64,000 nucleotides of DNA from an uncultured Syntrophaceae bacterium (GTDB taxonomy: Bacteria > Desulfobacterota > Syntrophia > Syntrophales > UBA2192): the NCBI GenBank assembly GCA_964628025.1, contig CAZVLL010000002.1, positions 1,421 to 65,420 of the forward strand. Direction: 5' to 3'. The notes beneath the pieces were generated by a model, which was not told where the DNA came from, searched no databases, and saw nothing but the letters and a program-made list of their open reading frames with translations. The translations under genes and the position numbers were made by a program. Of this stretch, positions 26,923 through 36,126 are shown one piece after another; positions within the stretch are counted from its first letter, which is position 1; each line of letters begins with the position of its first letter.

Positions 26923-28296
26923 CTATCGCTGAATGCACACGGACGGATGCTTTTCGATCGCCTTGAGGGCCCGATGAATCTCCTTGTCGGGCAGTTCGTA
27001 GGGCTCGAGCTTCCCCGAAAGATAGGCGTCGTATGACGCCAGATCGATGATCCCGTGGCCGCTGTAGTTGAAGAGGATGACTTTCTCCTTGCCCTCTTCC
27101 CTGGCACGCCGGGCTTCGTCCACGACGGCGGCGATGGCGTGGTTCGTCTCCGGGGCGGGAATGAACCCCTCGGTGCGGGCGAAGAGAACCCCGGCCTCGA
27201 AGGTTTCGAGCTGGTTGTAGGATCGGGGCTCTACAATTTTTTCGTTCACGAGGTGGCTCACGATCGGCGCCATTCCGTGGTAGCGAAGACCGCCCGCGTG
27301 GATCGGTTCGGGGATGAAGTCGTGGCCGAGGGTGTGCATGGCCAGAAGCGGCGTCATCTTGGCCACGTCGCCGAAATCGTAGGCGAAAGGACCCTTGGTG
27401 AGGGTTGGGCAGGAAGAGGGCTCGGAGGCAATGATGCTTAGCTTTTTCCCGTTGATCTTGTCCCGTACGAAGGGCAGACTCACCCCACCGAAGTTGCTGC
27501 CGCCGCCGGCGCAGCCGATGACCACATCGGGGTATTTGCCGATCTTCTCGAATTGCTTTTTCGCCTCGAGGCCGATGATCGTCTGGTGCATCAGCACGTG
27601 GTTGAGCACGCTCCCCAGGGAATAGCGACAGTCCTTGGTGGAGACCGCGTGCTCGACGGCCTCGCTGATGGCAATGCCGAGGCTGCCGGGACAATCCGGA
27701 TCCTGGGCAAGAATGTTCCGCCCTGCCTGGGTCATTTCACTGGGGCTGGGAATGCAGTTGGCCCCCCAGACCGACATCATCATTCGCCGGTAGGGTTTCT
27801 GGTTGTAGCTCACGCGGACCATGAAGACCTGCAGTTCCAGGCCGAACATCTGGCAGGCCATGGCCAGGGCACTGCCCCACTGCCCGGCACCGGTCTCCGT
27901 CGAGAGTTTCTTGATCCCAAAGACCTTGTTGTAATAGGCTTGGGCGATGGCCGTGTTGGGCTTGTGGGAGCCGGGGGGGCTCACGCTTTCATCCTTGTAG
28001 TAGATCTTAACGGGCGCATTCAGGACCTTCTCGAAATTGAGGGCGCGCCGGAGCGGCGTGGGGCGGTACAGGAGGTACTTGTCCAACACCTCGTCGGGAA
28101 TCGTGATCAATCGCTCGGTGCTCACTTCCTGCTCGATGAGGTTCATGGGAAAGACGGGGGCCAGGTCCTGCGGGCCGACCGGCTTTCCGGTCCCGGGGTG
28201 AAGGGGAGGATTCATGGTGCCTGGCATGTCGGGCAGGACATTGTACCATTGCCTGGGAATCTCCGAATCGTTCAGCATGATCTTTCGCTCTTCCAT
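26923..28296 (-). CDS. trpB2: TrpB-like PLP-dependent enzyme, type 2 tryptophan synthase beta chain (TrpB2)
   Basis: The TrpB2-specific N-terminal extension ([32 protein letters not shown]), [18 protein letters not shown] and [11 protein letters not shown]. No other trp genes lie nearby. Confidence 0.9.
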   Translation of the reverse strand: MEERKIMLNDSEIPRQWYNVLPDMPGTMNPPLHPGTGKPVGPQDLAPVFPMNLIEQEVSTERLITIPDEVLDKYLLYRPTPLRRALNFEKVLNAPVKIYYKDESVSPPGSHKPNTAIAQAYYNKVFGIKKLSTETGAGQWGSALAMACQMFGLELQVFMVRVSYNQKPYRRMMMSVWGANCIPSPSEMTQAGRNILAQDPDCPGSLGIAISEAVEHAVSTKDCRYSLGSVLNHVLMHQTIIGLEAKKQFEKIGKYPDVVIGCAGGGSNFGGVSLPFVRDKINGKKLSIIASEPSSCPTLTKGPFAYDFGDVAKMTPLLAMHTLGHDFIPEPIHAGGLRYHGMAPIVSHLVNEKIVEPRSYNQLETFEAGVLFARTEGFIPAPETNHAIAAVVDEARRAREEGKEKVILFNYSGHGIIDLASYDAYLSGKLEPYELPDKEIHRALKAIEKHPSVCIQR

Positions 28297-28374
28297 TTCT
28301 CAGTCCTCCTTATTTTCGTCTTCGTTCTATCGTTCTTTTCTTTCATTTCGTCCGATGAAGCCGTCATCACCAAT

Positions 28375-28503
28375 AAAAAAGCCATGGAGAAATTCCCCAT
28401 GGCCTGCAATGCCGGCTGAGCCATGGATGAACTTCCTCACCCACGGCCCTTTATGTCAATAAGAGGGCTTTGTGGGCAGGTTCCTGTTGCCCTGCCACCA
28501 CCA
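28375..28503 (-). promoter_or_regulatory. Transcription attenuator (alternative hairpins plus an intrinsic terminator) in the trpB2 leader
   Basis: The terminator is GCCAUGG(28397-28403)/CCAUGGC(28381-28387)+U6(28375-28380). The antiterminator is CCAUGGC(28420-28426)/GCCAUGG(28397-28403). Upstream competing stems reach the UGG UGG UGG codons (28495-28503). Confidence 0.75.
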
Positions 28504-28536
28504 ACCGAACATGTTAACCGCGAAAAGCCCGTTCAT
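28456..28536 (-). CDS. Trp leader peptide (26 aa) MNGLFAVNMFGWWWQGNRNLPTKPSY
   Basis: Not in the ORF track. ATG at 28536 is preceded by AGGAGTG. Three consecutive TGG codons. TGA at 28456-28458. Confidence 0.7.
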   Translation of the reverse strand: MNGLFAVNMFGWWWQGNRNLPTKPSY

Positions 28537-28674
28537 TTTTCACTCCTGCATTTGTCTGCCTCCTATCACAGGTGATTTCCGCTGTCAAGTTTTTAACGAA
28601 CCGGCTTATTTCATTGAAAAAAAGGGGATCATCTGGTATGGAGGGGGAACGCTTTTGCAACATGGCCTCAACCT

Positions 28675-29283
28675 ATGCTCCTGTCCATCCATGAGAAGAA
28701 CCCGCAGATGCGGTTGATACGGAAAGCCGTCGACGTCCTGAAAAACGGAGGGATCATTATCTACCCCACCGATACGGTGTACGGCATCGGCTGTGATCTA
28801 TTCAACAAACGGGGGATCGAGAAAATTCACGAGATCAAACGCCGAAGTCAGAAACAGCCCTTCAGCTTCATCTGTGCCGATCTCCGGGACATCAGCCAGT
28901 ACGCCATTGTTTCCAATTACGCCTACAAGACCATGAAGAGGCTATTGCCGGGACCCTACACGTTCATTCTCCCCGCGTCGCGTCTCGTCCCCAAGATCCT
29001 CATGACGAAACGGCAGACCACGGGAATCCGGGTCCCTGCGAACGAGATATGTCTGTCGCTTGTGCGCGAGCTGGGCCACCCCATCATCAGCACCAGCGCC
29101 TCGACGGACAAGGATGAAATCCTGAGCGATCCGGAAGAGATCCGGAAGCGCTACGGGCATGCCGTGGACCTGATTCTCGACGGAGGCATCCTGTCATCCG
29201 AGAAGTCCAGCGTCATCAGCCTCGTGGACGACGTTCCCGAGGTGATACGCGCCGGCAGCGGCGACGTGAGTGAGTTCCAATGA
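28675..29283 (+). CDS. tsaC: L-threonylcarbamoyladenylate synthase (TsaC/YrdC type)
   Basis: 202 aa. IIIYPTDTVYGIGCD, TGIRVP and TSAS motifs of the YrdC/Sua5 domain. Confidence 0.85.
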   Translation: MLLSIHEKNPQMRLIRKAVDVLKNGGIIIYPTDTVYGIGCDLFNKRGIEKIHEIKRRSQKQPFSFICADLRDISQYAIVSNYAYKTMKRLLPGPYTFILPASRLVPKILMTKRQTTGIRVPANEICLSLVRELGHPIISTSASTDKDEILSDPEEIRKRYGHAVDLILDGGILSSEKSSVISLVDDVPEVIRAGSGDVSEFQ

Positions 29284-29326
29284 TGCCCGTTTAACCGGAT
29301 GGGGGGAAGAAGCGAGGAAAGCCTTT

Positions 29327-31096
29327 ATGAAAAAGATCATGCTCATCAACGCCGTGGACCAGGAAGTAAGCCGAATGGCCGTCCTGGAAGGCGGCAAACT
29401 CCTAGAATACAATATCCAGATGTCAGCCCGGGAGCCGATCACGGGGAACATTTACAAGGGTGTTGTTCTCAAAGTGGAACGGGGTCTCCAGGCTGCCTTC
29501 GTTGACTATGGCGTCAAGAAGCACGGGTTTCTGCCCCTGCACGATGTGAGCCCCGAGTATTTCCGCACCGGCGAGGAAGGTGAGGAGGAGCAACGGCACC
29601 GGGGCCGGACTTACCTCAAGAACGGCCAGGAGATACTCGTCCAGGTCGTCCGGGACGAGAAGGACCACAAAGGCGCCATGCTCACGACCTACATCTCGCT
29701 CCCCGGCCGCTATATCGTTCTGATGCCCAACCGGCAGAGCACGGGAATTTCTCGGAAGATCGAAGACGATGAATCCCGCAAGAGCCTGATGGAGCTCATG
29801 GAGCAGATCTCCGCCGAGGAGCGGGTGGGCTTTATCGTTCGAACCGCCGGGATGAACCGCACCAAGCAGGAGCTCTCCAGGGATTACTTCGTCCTGCTCC
29901 GGATCTGGCGGGAAATCGAAAACAAAGCCAAGGAGGTGCAGGGACCGCTCCTGATTCATCAGGAAGGCGACTTCGGGGTCCGTTCGCTCCGGGATTACTT
30001 CACCACGGAGATCCAGGAGATCTGGGTGGACGAGATCGAAACCTTCCGGAAAATGCGCGCCTACATCAACACGGTCGCCCCGCGCAATATCAAGATGATC
30101 AAGCTTTACCAGGACAAGACGCCGCTGTTCGACCGCTACCATCTGGAACCTCAGATCGACGCCATTTACAAGGAACGAGCGGAGCTCAAGTCGGGAGGTT
30201 ACCTCGTGATCAACCAGACCGAGGCGATGATCACCATCGACGTCAACTCCGGCCGGGCCTCGGATCGGCGCGACGTGGAAGAGACAGCCTTTCGGGCAAA
30301 CCTCGAGGCAGCCGAAGAGGCAGCCCGACAGCTGCGACTCCGAGACCTCGGGGGCCTCATCGTCATCGACTTTATCGACATGAAGGACCGCAAGCACATC
30401 GCCGAAATCGAGAAGGCCTTCAAGAAGGCGCTCAGCCTCGACCGCTCCCGGACCCAGGTGTCGCGCATCTCCAAGTTCGGAATGATGGAATTGTCGCGCC
30501 AGCGCAAGAAGTCCAATATCCAGGAGATCAGCCACGTGACCTGCCCGCACTGCAAGGGAACGGGGATGCGGCCTTCGCTGGAATACGCTGCGCTCGGGAC
30601 CTTCCGCAAGATCCGGCTCAACGTCCTGAAAGGGACCTACTCGACCGTTCGGATCACGCTGCCTCATGAGATCGCCAACTACCTGCTCAACCAGAAACGA
30701 AGCGAGATCGTCGCCCTGGAGAATCACCACGGGGTGATGATCACCATCTCCGGCGATCCCGACATGCTCTGGGACGAAGCGAAATTCCAGTTCGTTGAAC
30801 GCGAGTCGGTCCCGCTGCCGGTACCCGAAGCAGAGGAAGGAAAGGCCGAGGAAGCAAAGACAGAAGGCGCCCAGGGAAACGGAAGCCGGAACCCGCGGAA
30901 AAAGCGTTCACGCCGCGGTCGAAGGAGACCGGGAGAAAGGGGCCCGGAGCAAGGCCAGGAAACCGCACAGGTCCAGGAGGAGCCTCATGTCTCCCAGGGT
31001 CCGGCACAGGAAAACACTGCAGGAACGGATACACCCGGGGAAAAGAAACCCGGAGGGGGGATTATTACGAGGATCTACGACATCTTTAAGTTCTAG
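29327..31096 (+). CDS. Rne/Rng-family ribonuclease (RNase E/G) with a basic C-terminal tail
   Basis: An S1 domain (GNIYKGVVLKVERGLQAAFVDYG), the catalytic core (ITIDVNSG), the Zn-link CPHCKGTG and an R/K/E-rich tail. The start is trimmed to MKKIMLIN (29327). Confidence 0.85.
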   Translation: MKKIMLINAVDQEVSRMAVLEGGKLLEYNIQMSAREPITGNIYKGVVLKVERGLQAAFVDYGVKKHGFLPLHDVSPEYFRTGEEGEEEQRHRGRTYLKNGQEILVQVVRDEKDHKGAMLTTYISLPGRYIVLMPNRQSTGISRKIEDDESRKSLMELMEQISAEERVGFIVRTAGMNRTKQELSRDYFVLLRIWREIENKAKEVQGPLLIHQEGDFGVRSLRDYFTTEIQEIWVDEIETFRKMRAYINTVAPRNIKMIKLYQDKTPLFDRYHLEPQIDAIYKERAELKSGGYLVINQTEAMITIDVNSGRASDRRDVEETAFRANLEAAEEAARQLRLRDLGGLIVIDFIDMKDRKHIAEIEKAFKKALSLDRSRTQVSRISKFGMMELSRQRKKSNIQEISHVTCPHCKGTGMRPSLEYAALGTFRKIRLNVLKGTYSTVRITLPHEIANYLLNQKRSEIVALENHHGVMITISGDPDMLWDEAKFQFVERESVPLPVPEAEEGKAEEAKTEGAQGNGSRNPRKKRSRRGRRRPGERGPEQGQETAQVQEEPHVSQGPAQENTAGTDTPGEKKPGGGIITRIYDIFKF

Positions 31097-31126
31097 CGTA
31101 CAGGGGATAGGGTAAAGAAAAGAAAA

Positions 31127-31161
31127 CCCCCTGCAGCATTGCTGTCAGGGGGTCTTTTTTT
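31127..31161. terminator. Bidirectional rho-independent terminator between the RNase gene and proC
   Basis: An 11-bp stem CCCCCTGCAGC/GCTG(T)CAGGGGG with a 3-nt loop, followed by T7. An A4 run lies on the other side. Confidence 0.75.
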
Positions 31162-31212
31162 GTTGTCGGCTGTCTTCGCCTCGACCCTCTACCCTCTGCC
31201 CTCGACCCTTTT

Positions 31213-32028
31213 TTACTTGCCCTTCCCCAGCTCCTGCGAGCGAAGGGTCGCAGCCATAACAGCCTTGATGAGGGCTGACCGGAGGCCGCCCTCCTCGAGG
31301 GCATGAACGCCGGCAATTGTTGTCCCTCCCGGCGAGGTCACCATGTCCCGCAGCTCCCCGGGATGCTTCAAACTGTCCAGGTAGAGTTTCGCCGACCCCA
31401 GGAGCGTCTGGGCCGCCAGCTTCAAGGCCACGTCCCGGGGCAGACCCATGAGGACCCCCCCATCGGAGAGCGCATCGATCATGATGAACGCATAGGCGGG
31501 ACCGCTTCCGCTCAGACCCGTCACGGCATCCATGAGGTCTTCCTTGACAACAACCGTCACGCCCACGGCATCGAAAATTTGCCGGGCCAGCGCAAGATCG
31601 GCCCCGGAGGCGTTCTCGCCTGCCGCAAGGGCCGCCGCCCCTTCCCCGACCAGGGCCGGTGTGTTGGGCATGACCCGGATGACGGGTACGCCCTTCTTCA
31701 GGTGCTCGGCGATGAACCGGATGGGAATCCCGGCGGCAATGGAGATAACAAGCTTCCTGCGGTCAATGCCCGCGGTAAGTTCCTTGAGCACATCACCAAT
31801 CCCCTGGGGCTTCACAGCCAGAATAATGACGTCGGCTTCGCGCACCGCCTTGCGGTTGTCCATCAGGGTGGTGACGGCGTATGTTGCCTTCAGGTGGGCC
31901 AGCCTCTCAGGGACGACATCGGCGACGATCACGTTTCCCGGCTGAGCCAGACCGGCCGAAACGATGCCGCCGGCGATAACTTCGCCCATCTTACCCCCGC
32001 CGATAATTGCTATCTTTTTCCCCTTCAT
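31213..32028 (-). CDS. proC: Pyrroline-5-carboxylate reductase
   Basis: KIAIIGGGKMGEVIA Rossmann motif and a C-terminal SPGGTT motif. The start is trimmed to MKGKK (32028) with an upstream GGAGGGAGG. Confidence 0.9.
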   Translation of the reverse strand: MKGKKIAIIGGGKMGEVIAGGIVSAGLAQPGNVIVADVVPERLAHLKATYAVTTLMDNRKAVREADVIILAVKPQGIGDVLKELTAGIDRRKLVISIAAGIPIRFIAEHLKKGVPVIRVMPNTPALVGEGAAALAAGENASGADLALARQIFDAVGVTVVVKEDLMDAVTGLSGSGPAYAFIMIDALSDGGVLMGLPRDVALKLAAQTLLGSAKLYLDSLKHPGELRDMVTSPGGTTIAGVHALEEGGLRSALIKAVMAATLRSQELGKGK

Positions 32029-32271
32029 GATATCCTCCCTCCTCTTTTTTCGCACCCGCCGGAAAATGACCACGGATGGCATGAATCTTGTTATGAAAGT
32101 CCAGTGGCACCGGACTGTCCTTCGGTTCCATGCGGGCCACACGAAGGGATCCCTGGAGGTCATTTCCGGGAATTCCTGCACGGGCTGTGCGTTTCCGCCA
32201 GAATATAAGCGTTGACATTTGCGAACTCAACTTTTATTTTTCAACCTTCCACATTTTCCGAAAGGTATCCG

Positions 32272-32574
32272 ATGTTCCTTGTGGCCAATTTGATAGAGGC
32301 CCTGGCAAAAATTCTTGACGTTGCGTTGAGCCTCTACACCTGGATTATCATCATTCGGGCCCTTCTGTCCTGGGTAAATCCCGACCCTTACAACGCCATC
32401 GTCCAGTTCCTATATCGGGCAACAGAGCCAGTCCTGCGACCGATCCGGCGGCGGCTCCCCCTGAAAAACCTCGGCATCGATTTATCACCTCTTGTTGTCA
32501 TACTGGCGATCCTGTTTCTCCAAAATTTCCTGGTCCCGAGCCTGATCCAGCTTGCATTCATGCTCCGGTCCTGA
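32272..32574 (+). CDS. yggT: YggT family membrane protein
   Basis: IIIRALLSWVNPDPYN is the YggT signature. The start is trimmed to MFLVANL (32272). Confidence 0.85.
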   Translation: MFLVANLIEALAKILDVALSLYTWIIIIRALLSWVNPDPYNAIVQFLYRATEPVLRPIRRRLPLKNLGIDLSPLVVILAILFLQNFLVPSLIQLAFMLRS

Positions 32575-32577
32575 TGG

Positions 32578-35500
32578 ATGGCGTTCGTGAAGATTTCCCC
32601 AAAAGACGTCAAACAACGACAATTCAAAAAAGGCTTCACGGGATACGACACCGAGGAGGTCGGCTCATACCTCAAGGCTGTGGCACTGGAGCTGGATCGC
32701 CAGCTTGACCAGAACGCCCGCCTTCAGGAGCTCATCACCGACCTGGAGAAGAAGATCACCGTCCTGAAGGTCAAAAAAATATTCGTCGGGAAAGAAAAGG
32801 GGGATGACGTTCCTCCGGAAGCAAAGAAGGACGCCGATCTGATCCTCGCCGAGGCAAAGGCGAAGGCCGAGGAGATGGTCAACGAGGCCCGCACCGAATC
32901 TGACGCGCTGCTTGCAAAAACCAAAGAAGACTCCGCCAGGGAATTCGAAAAGCAGTACGGTCAGATGCTCGATGAAGCGCGGACCCACCAGATGAAGACC
33001 CAGCTCCTGCAGCTCCAGGCCGAGGAAAACTACAACAGCACTGTCGCCCAGGCAAAAGCCAAAGCCGAGGAGATCGTCAGGGAGGCCGCATCGAAAAGAG
33101 ACGAGACGGCGGCAAGACTCCTCGAAGAATCCCGGTCCAGGACCGAAAAGCTCATGGCCGACACACAGGCAAGGGCCGAAGAAATCCTCGAAAAGGCCCG
33201 GATAGCGGCAAGCGCCCTGGGGCAGGCGGAGCAGGCAAAAGAGGCCGACCGGAAAACGAGGGAGCATCTTGCACAGGCGCAGGCTCAGGCCGAGCAGATC
33301 GTCAAGGAAGCCGAGACCCTCAAGGCGAAGATCAAGACCGATGCCCTCGCCGAGGCAGAAAAAGAACAAAAAGCCATCCTGGAAAAGGCACGGAGCGAAG
33401 CTGAAAGCATCATCCGTGAGAGCCGCAAGGAAGCGGATGCCGTCAAGACCAAGCTCACGACCGATGCCCTCGCCGCGGCGGAAAAGGAATACCGCGCTGC
33501 TCTGGAAAAGGCCCGGATCGAAGCCGAAAAGACCATCAACGAGAGCCGCACCGAAGCCGAGGCCGTCAAGGCCAAGATTACGTCCGATGCACTTGCCCAC
33601 GAGGAAAAGGAATACAAGGCCGTCCTGGAGAAAGCATGGGGTGAAGCAGAGACAATCCTGAGCGATGCCCGCAGGGAGGCCGAAAAAATCATCCGCGAGA
33701 CCCGCAGGGAAGCGGAGGTTTCAAAAGCGAAGCTGACATCCGATGCGATCGCCGTGGCGGGAAAACAACAAAAGACCATCCAGGAGAAAGCCCGGGGCGA
33801 AGCAGAAAAAGAACACAAGGCCATCCTGGAGAAGGCACGGAACGAGGCAGAAAAAACCGTCAGCGACAGCCGCAGGGAAGCCGAAGCCCTCAAGGCAAAG
33901 ATCAAATCCGATGCGCTTGTCCAGGCGGAAAAAGAACACAAGGCCATCCTGGAAAAGGCACGGAGTGAAGCCGAAAAGACCGTCAGCGAGAGCCGCAAGG
34001 AAGCCGAGGCCCTCAAGGTAAAGATCAAATCCGATGCGCTTGCCGAAGCGGAAAAAGAACAAGAGGCCCTTTTGGAAGAGGCCCGAATCAAGGCCGAGAA
34101 GACCGTGAACGACAGCCGCAGGGAAGCCGAGGCTATCAGAACGAGGGTCAAATCCGCTACACTGGCCGATCAGGAAAATGAGTACAGGACCGTCTTGGAG
34201 AAAGCATGGGGCGAGGCCGAGACCATCATTAACGATGCCCGCAAGGAAGCCGAGGCCACCAAAGTAAAGATAAGGGCGAATGCTCTTGCCGAGGCGGAAA
34301 AAGAGAAAAAGACCATCCTGGAGAAGGTCCGAATCGAGGCCGAAACATCTGTCAGTGAGAGCCGCACGGAGGCCGAGGCTCTCAAGGCGAAGATCAAGAC
34401 CGATGCCATCGCAGAAGCGGAAAAAGAATACAAGGTTATCCTGGAAAAGGCCCGGGTCGAGGCCGAGAAAACCGTCAGCGAGAGCCGCACGGAGGCCGAG
34501 GCCCTCAAGGCGAAGATCAAGACCGATGCCCTCGCAGAAGCGGAAAAAGAATACAAGGCCATCCAGGAAAAGGCACGGACCGAGGCCGAGAAAACCGTCA
34601 GCGAGAGCCGCAGGGAAGCCGAAGCCCTGAGAATGAGTGCCGAAGCCGCCGGCGAGGCCATAAGGGACAAGGAAAAAAGCAGGGCACTGCAGGAGGTCGA
34701 GAAGAAGGCCGGCGAGATCCTGGCCGAGGCGAACAAGAAGGCCGATGACATCATCAACCGCACCATGATCGAAGCCGGGAGTTACCAGGAAGAACAGAAG
34801 GAAGCACTAGCCAGGGATACGGAAAGAAAAGCAAAAGAAATATTGTCGCAGGCCCAGGCTCAGTCCGAACAGATCCTGTCGACGGCTGCAACCGAGGCGG
34901 AAAAGCAGACAAGACACCTCATCATCGGTGCAAACGCGCTGGCTGAGAAGATTGCGAAGGATGCCGAATCTCTGGCTGCGTCTCAGAAAACAACGTCTGA
35001 GGAGGAAAGCCGCAAAACGCTTGCTGCGACGCTGTCAGTTGCAAAAAGCAAAGCGGACAAGATCCTCAAGGAAGCCGAGAGCCAGGCCGAAGCGATCAAG
35101 ACCCGGCTTGCCGATGAAGCCCGCAAGGACCAGGAAAAGATCCTCAGCGAGGCAAAGGCCAGAGCTGACAAACTCGTCAAGGAAGCCGAAAACCAGGCAG
35201 CAACAATCAAGGCCCGGTTTGCCGACGAAGCCCGCAAGGACCAGGAAAAGATCCTCGGCGAGGCAAAGGCCAGGACTGACAAACTCGTCAAGGAAGCCGA
35301 AAACCAGGCAGCAACAATCAAGGCCCGGCTTACCGACGAGGGCCGCAAAGATCAGGAGCGGATCGTCTCGGAGGCGAAGGCGAAAGCCGACGATCTCATG
35401 AGAAAAGCCCAGGCGGACGCGGAAGAGATTACGGCAAAAAAGACCGTCGAAAGTCAGGCTGCCGGGCAGAGCGTCCAGGCCCTGCGAAACGAGGTGGAAG

Positions 35501-35784
35501 TCCTCACCGAGGAGATTGAAAAGCTCAGGAACCTCAAAGCATGGCACGAAAAAGATTTCTTCTCGTTCCTCACCTTCAACCTGGAACTCCTTGAGACCTG
35601 GAAGAAAGGCCTCGACATCCCTATCCCCGCAAGCGCCGGTCGGTCCGACGCGGACAGCCTTCGCGGCGAGATCAAGAAGCTTTCCAACATCAAGAATCAG
35701 CTCGAGAAATACTTCGAATCCTTCATGGATTTCAATCAGAAGCTGCTGGAGGCGATGAAAAAGGGAAGTACCGAGGAAGGTTGA
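32578..35784 (+). CDS. DivIVA domain protein, 1068 aa, with a giant repetitive coiled-coil region
   Basis: The N-terminus ISPKDVKQRQFKKGFTGYDTEEVGSYLKAVALELD is a DivIVA domain. The remainder is an A/E/K-rich tandem-repeat coiled coil. Confidence 0.8.
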   Translation: MAFVKISPKDVKQRQFKKGFTGYDTEEVGSYLKAVALELDRQLDQNARLQELITDLEKKITVLKVKKIFVGKEKGDDVPPEAKKDADLILAEAKAKAEEMVNEARTESDALLAKTKEDSAREFEKQYGQMLDEARTHQMKTQLLQLQAEENYNSTVAQAKAKAEEIVREAASKRDETAARLLEESRSRTEKLMADTQARAEEILEKARIAASALGQAEQAKEADRKTREHLAQAQAQAEQIVKEAETLKAKIKTDALAEAEKEQKAILEKARSEAESIIRESRKEADAVKTKLTTDALAAAEKEYRAALEKARIEAEKTINESRTEAEAVKAKITSDALAHEEKEYKAVLEKAWGEAETILSDARREAEKIIRETRREAEVSKAKLTSDAIAVAGKQQKTIQEKARGEAEKEHKAILEKARNEAEKTVSDSRREAEALKAKIKSDALVQAEKEHKAILEKARSEAEKTVSESRKEAEALKVKIKSDALAEAEKEQEALLEEARIKAEKTVNDSRREAEAIRTRVKSATLADQENEYRTVLEKAWGEAETIINDARKEAEATKVKIRANALAEAEKEKKTILEKVRIEAETSVSESRTEAEALKAKIKTDAIAEAEKEYKVILEKARVEAEKTVSESRTEAEALKAKIKTDALAEAEKEYKAIQEKARTEAEKTVSESRREAEALRMSAEAAGEAIRDKEKSRALQEVEKKAGEILAEANKKADDIINRTMIEAGSYQEEQKEALARDTERKAKEILSQAQAQSEQILSTAATEAEKQTRHLIIGANALAEKIAKDAESLAASQKTTSEEESRKTLAATLSVAKSKADKILKEAESQAEAIKTRLADEARKDQEKILSEAKARADKLVKEAENQAATIKARFADEARKDQEKILGEAKARTDKLVKEAENQAATIKARLTDEGRKDQERIVSEAKAKADDLMRKAQADAEEITAKKTVESQAAGQSVQALRNEVEVLTEEIEKLRNLKAWHEKDFFSFLTFNLELLETWKKGLDIPIPASAGRSDADSLRGEIKKLSNIKNQLEKYFESFMDFNQKLLEAMKKGSTEEG
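33283..34632 (+). repeat. In-frame tandem repeat, period 123 bp (41 aa), about 11 copies, inside the divIVA-like gene
   Basis: The consensus unit is EKEYKAILEKARSEAEKTVSESRKEAEALKAKIKSDALAEA. The period was measured from GAAAAAGAATACAAGG at 34420 and 34543. The last copies are nearly identical at DNA level. Confidence 0.9.
35053..35385 (+). repeat. In-frame tandem repeat, period 111 bp (37 aa), 3 copies
   Basis: The unit is ADKLVKEAENQAATIKARFADEARKDQEKILGEAKAR. In copies 2 and 3 (starting 35164 and 35275), the first ~54 nt differ by a single nt. Confidence 0.9.
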
Positions 35785-36104
35785 TGATCAAAGAAACCGC
35801 CGATGGCGTTCAGTTTTCCGTCCGTGTCATCCCCGGAGCTTCGAAAAACGAAATCGCGGGCATCCAGGATGACGCCCTGAAAATAAAGCTCACAGCCCCG
35901 CCCGTCGAGGGCAAGGCAAACCGGGCCTGTGTCGATTTCCTGGCCGGCCTGCTCGGGCTTCGCCGCTCCGCCCTGGCCATCACGTCCGGCGAAAAATCCC
36001 GAAAAAAAACCGTCACAATCACGGGCCTTGATCGCAAGGAACTGGAATCGCGCCTGAAAGCCATCCTGCCGTCGAAACCGACCCCGACCTCATCCCGCAC
36101 TTGA
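35781..36104 (+). CDS. yggU: DUF167 (YggU) family protein
   Basis: VRVIPGASKNEI..LKIKLTAPPVEGKAN..FLA. It overlaps the divIVA stop by 4 nt (ATGA). Confidence 0.8.
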   Translation: MMIKETADGVQFSVRVIPGASKNEIAGIQDDALKIKLTAPPVEGKANRACVDFLAGLLGLRRSALAITSGEKSRKKTVTITGLDRKELESRLKAILPSKPTPTSSRT

Positions 36105-36126
36105 CGCAGGAGAGGGTCCGTCTATA

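Noticed and set aside
33283-35385. Regularly spaced repeats that might be mistaken for a CRISPR array
   Set aside because: The repeats are contiguous with no unique spacers, in-frame and protein-coding (the DivIVA coiled coil). No cas genes are present. No CRISPR array was seen anywhere in the window.
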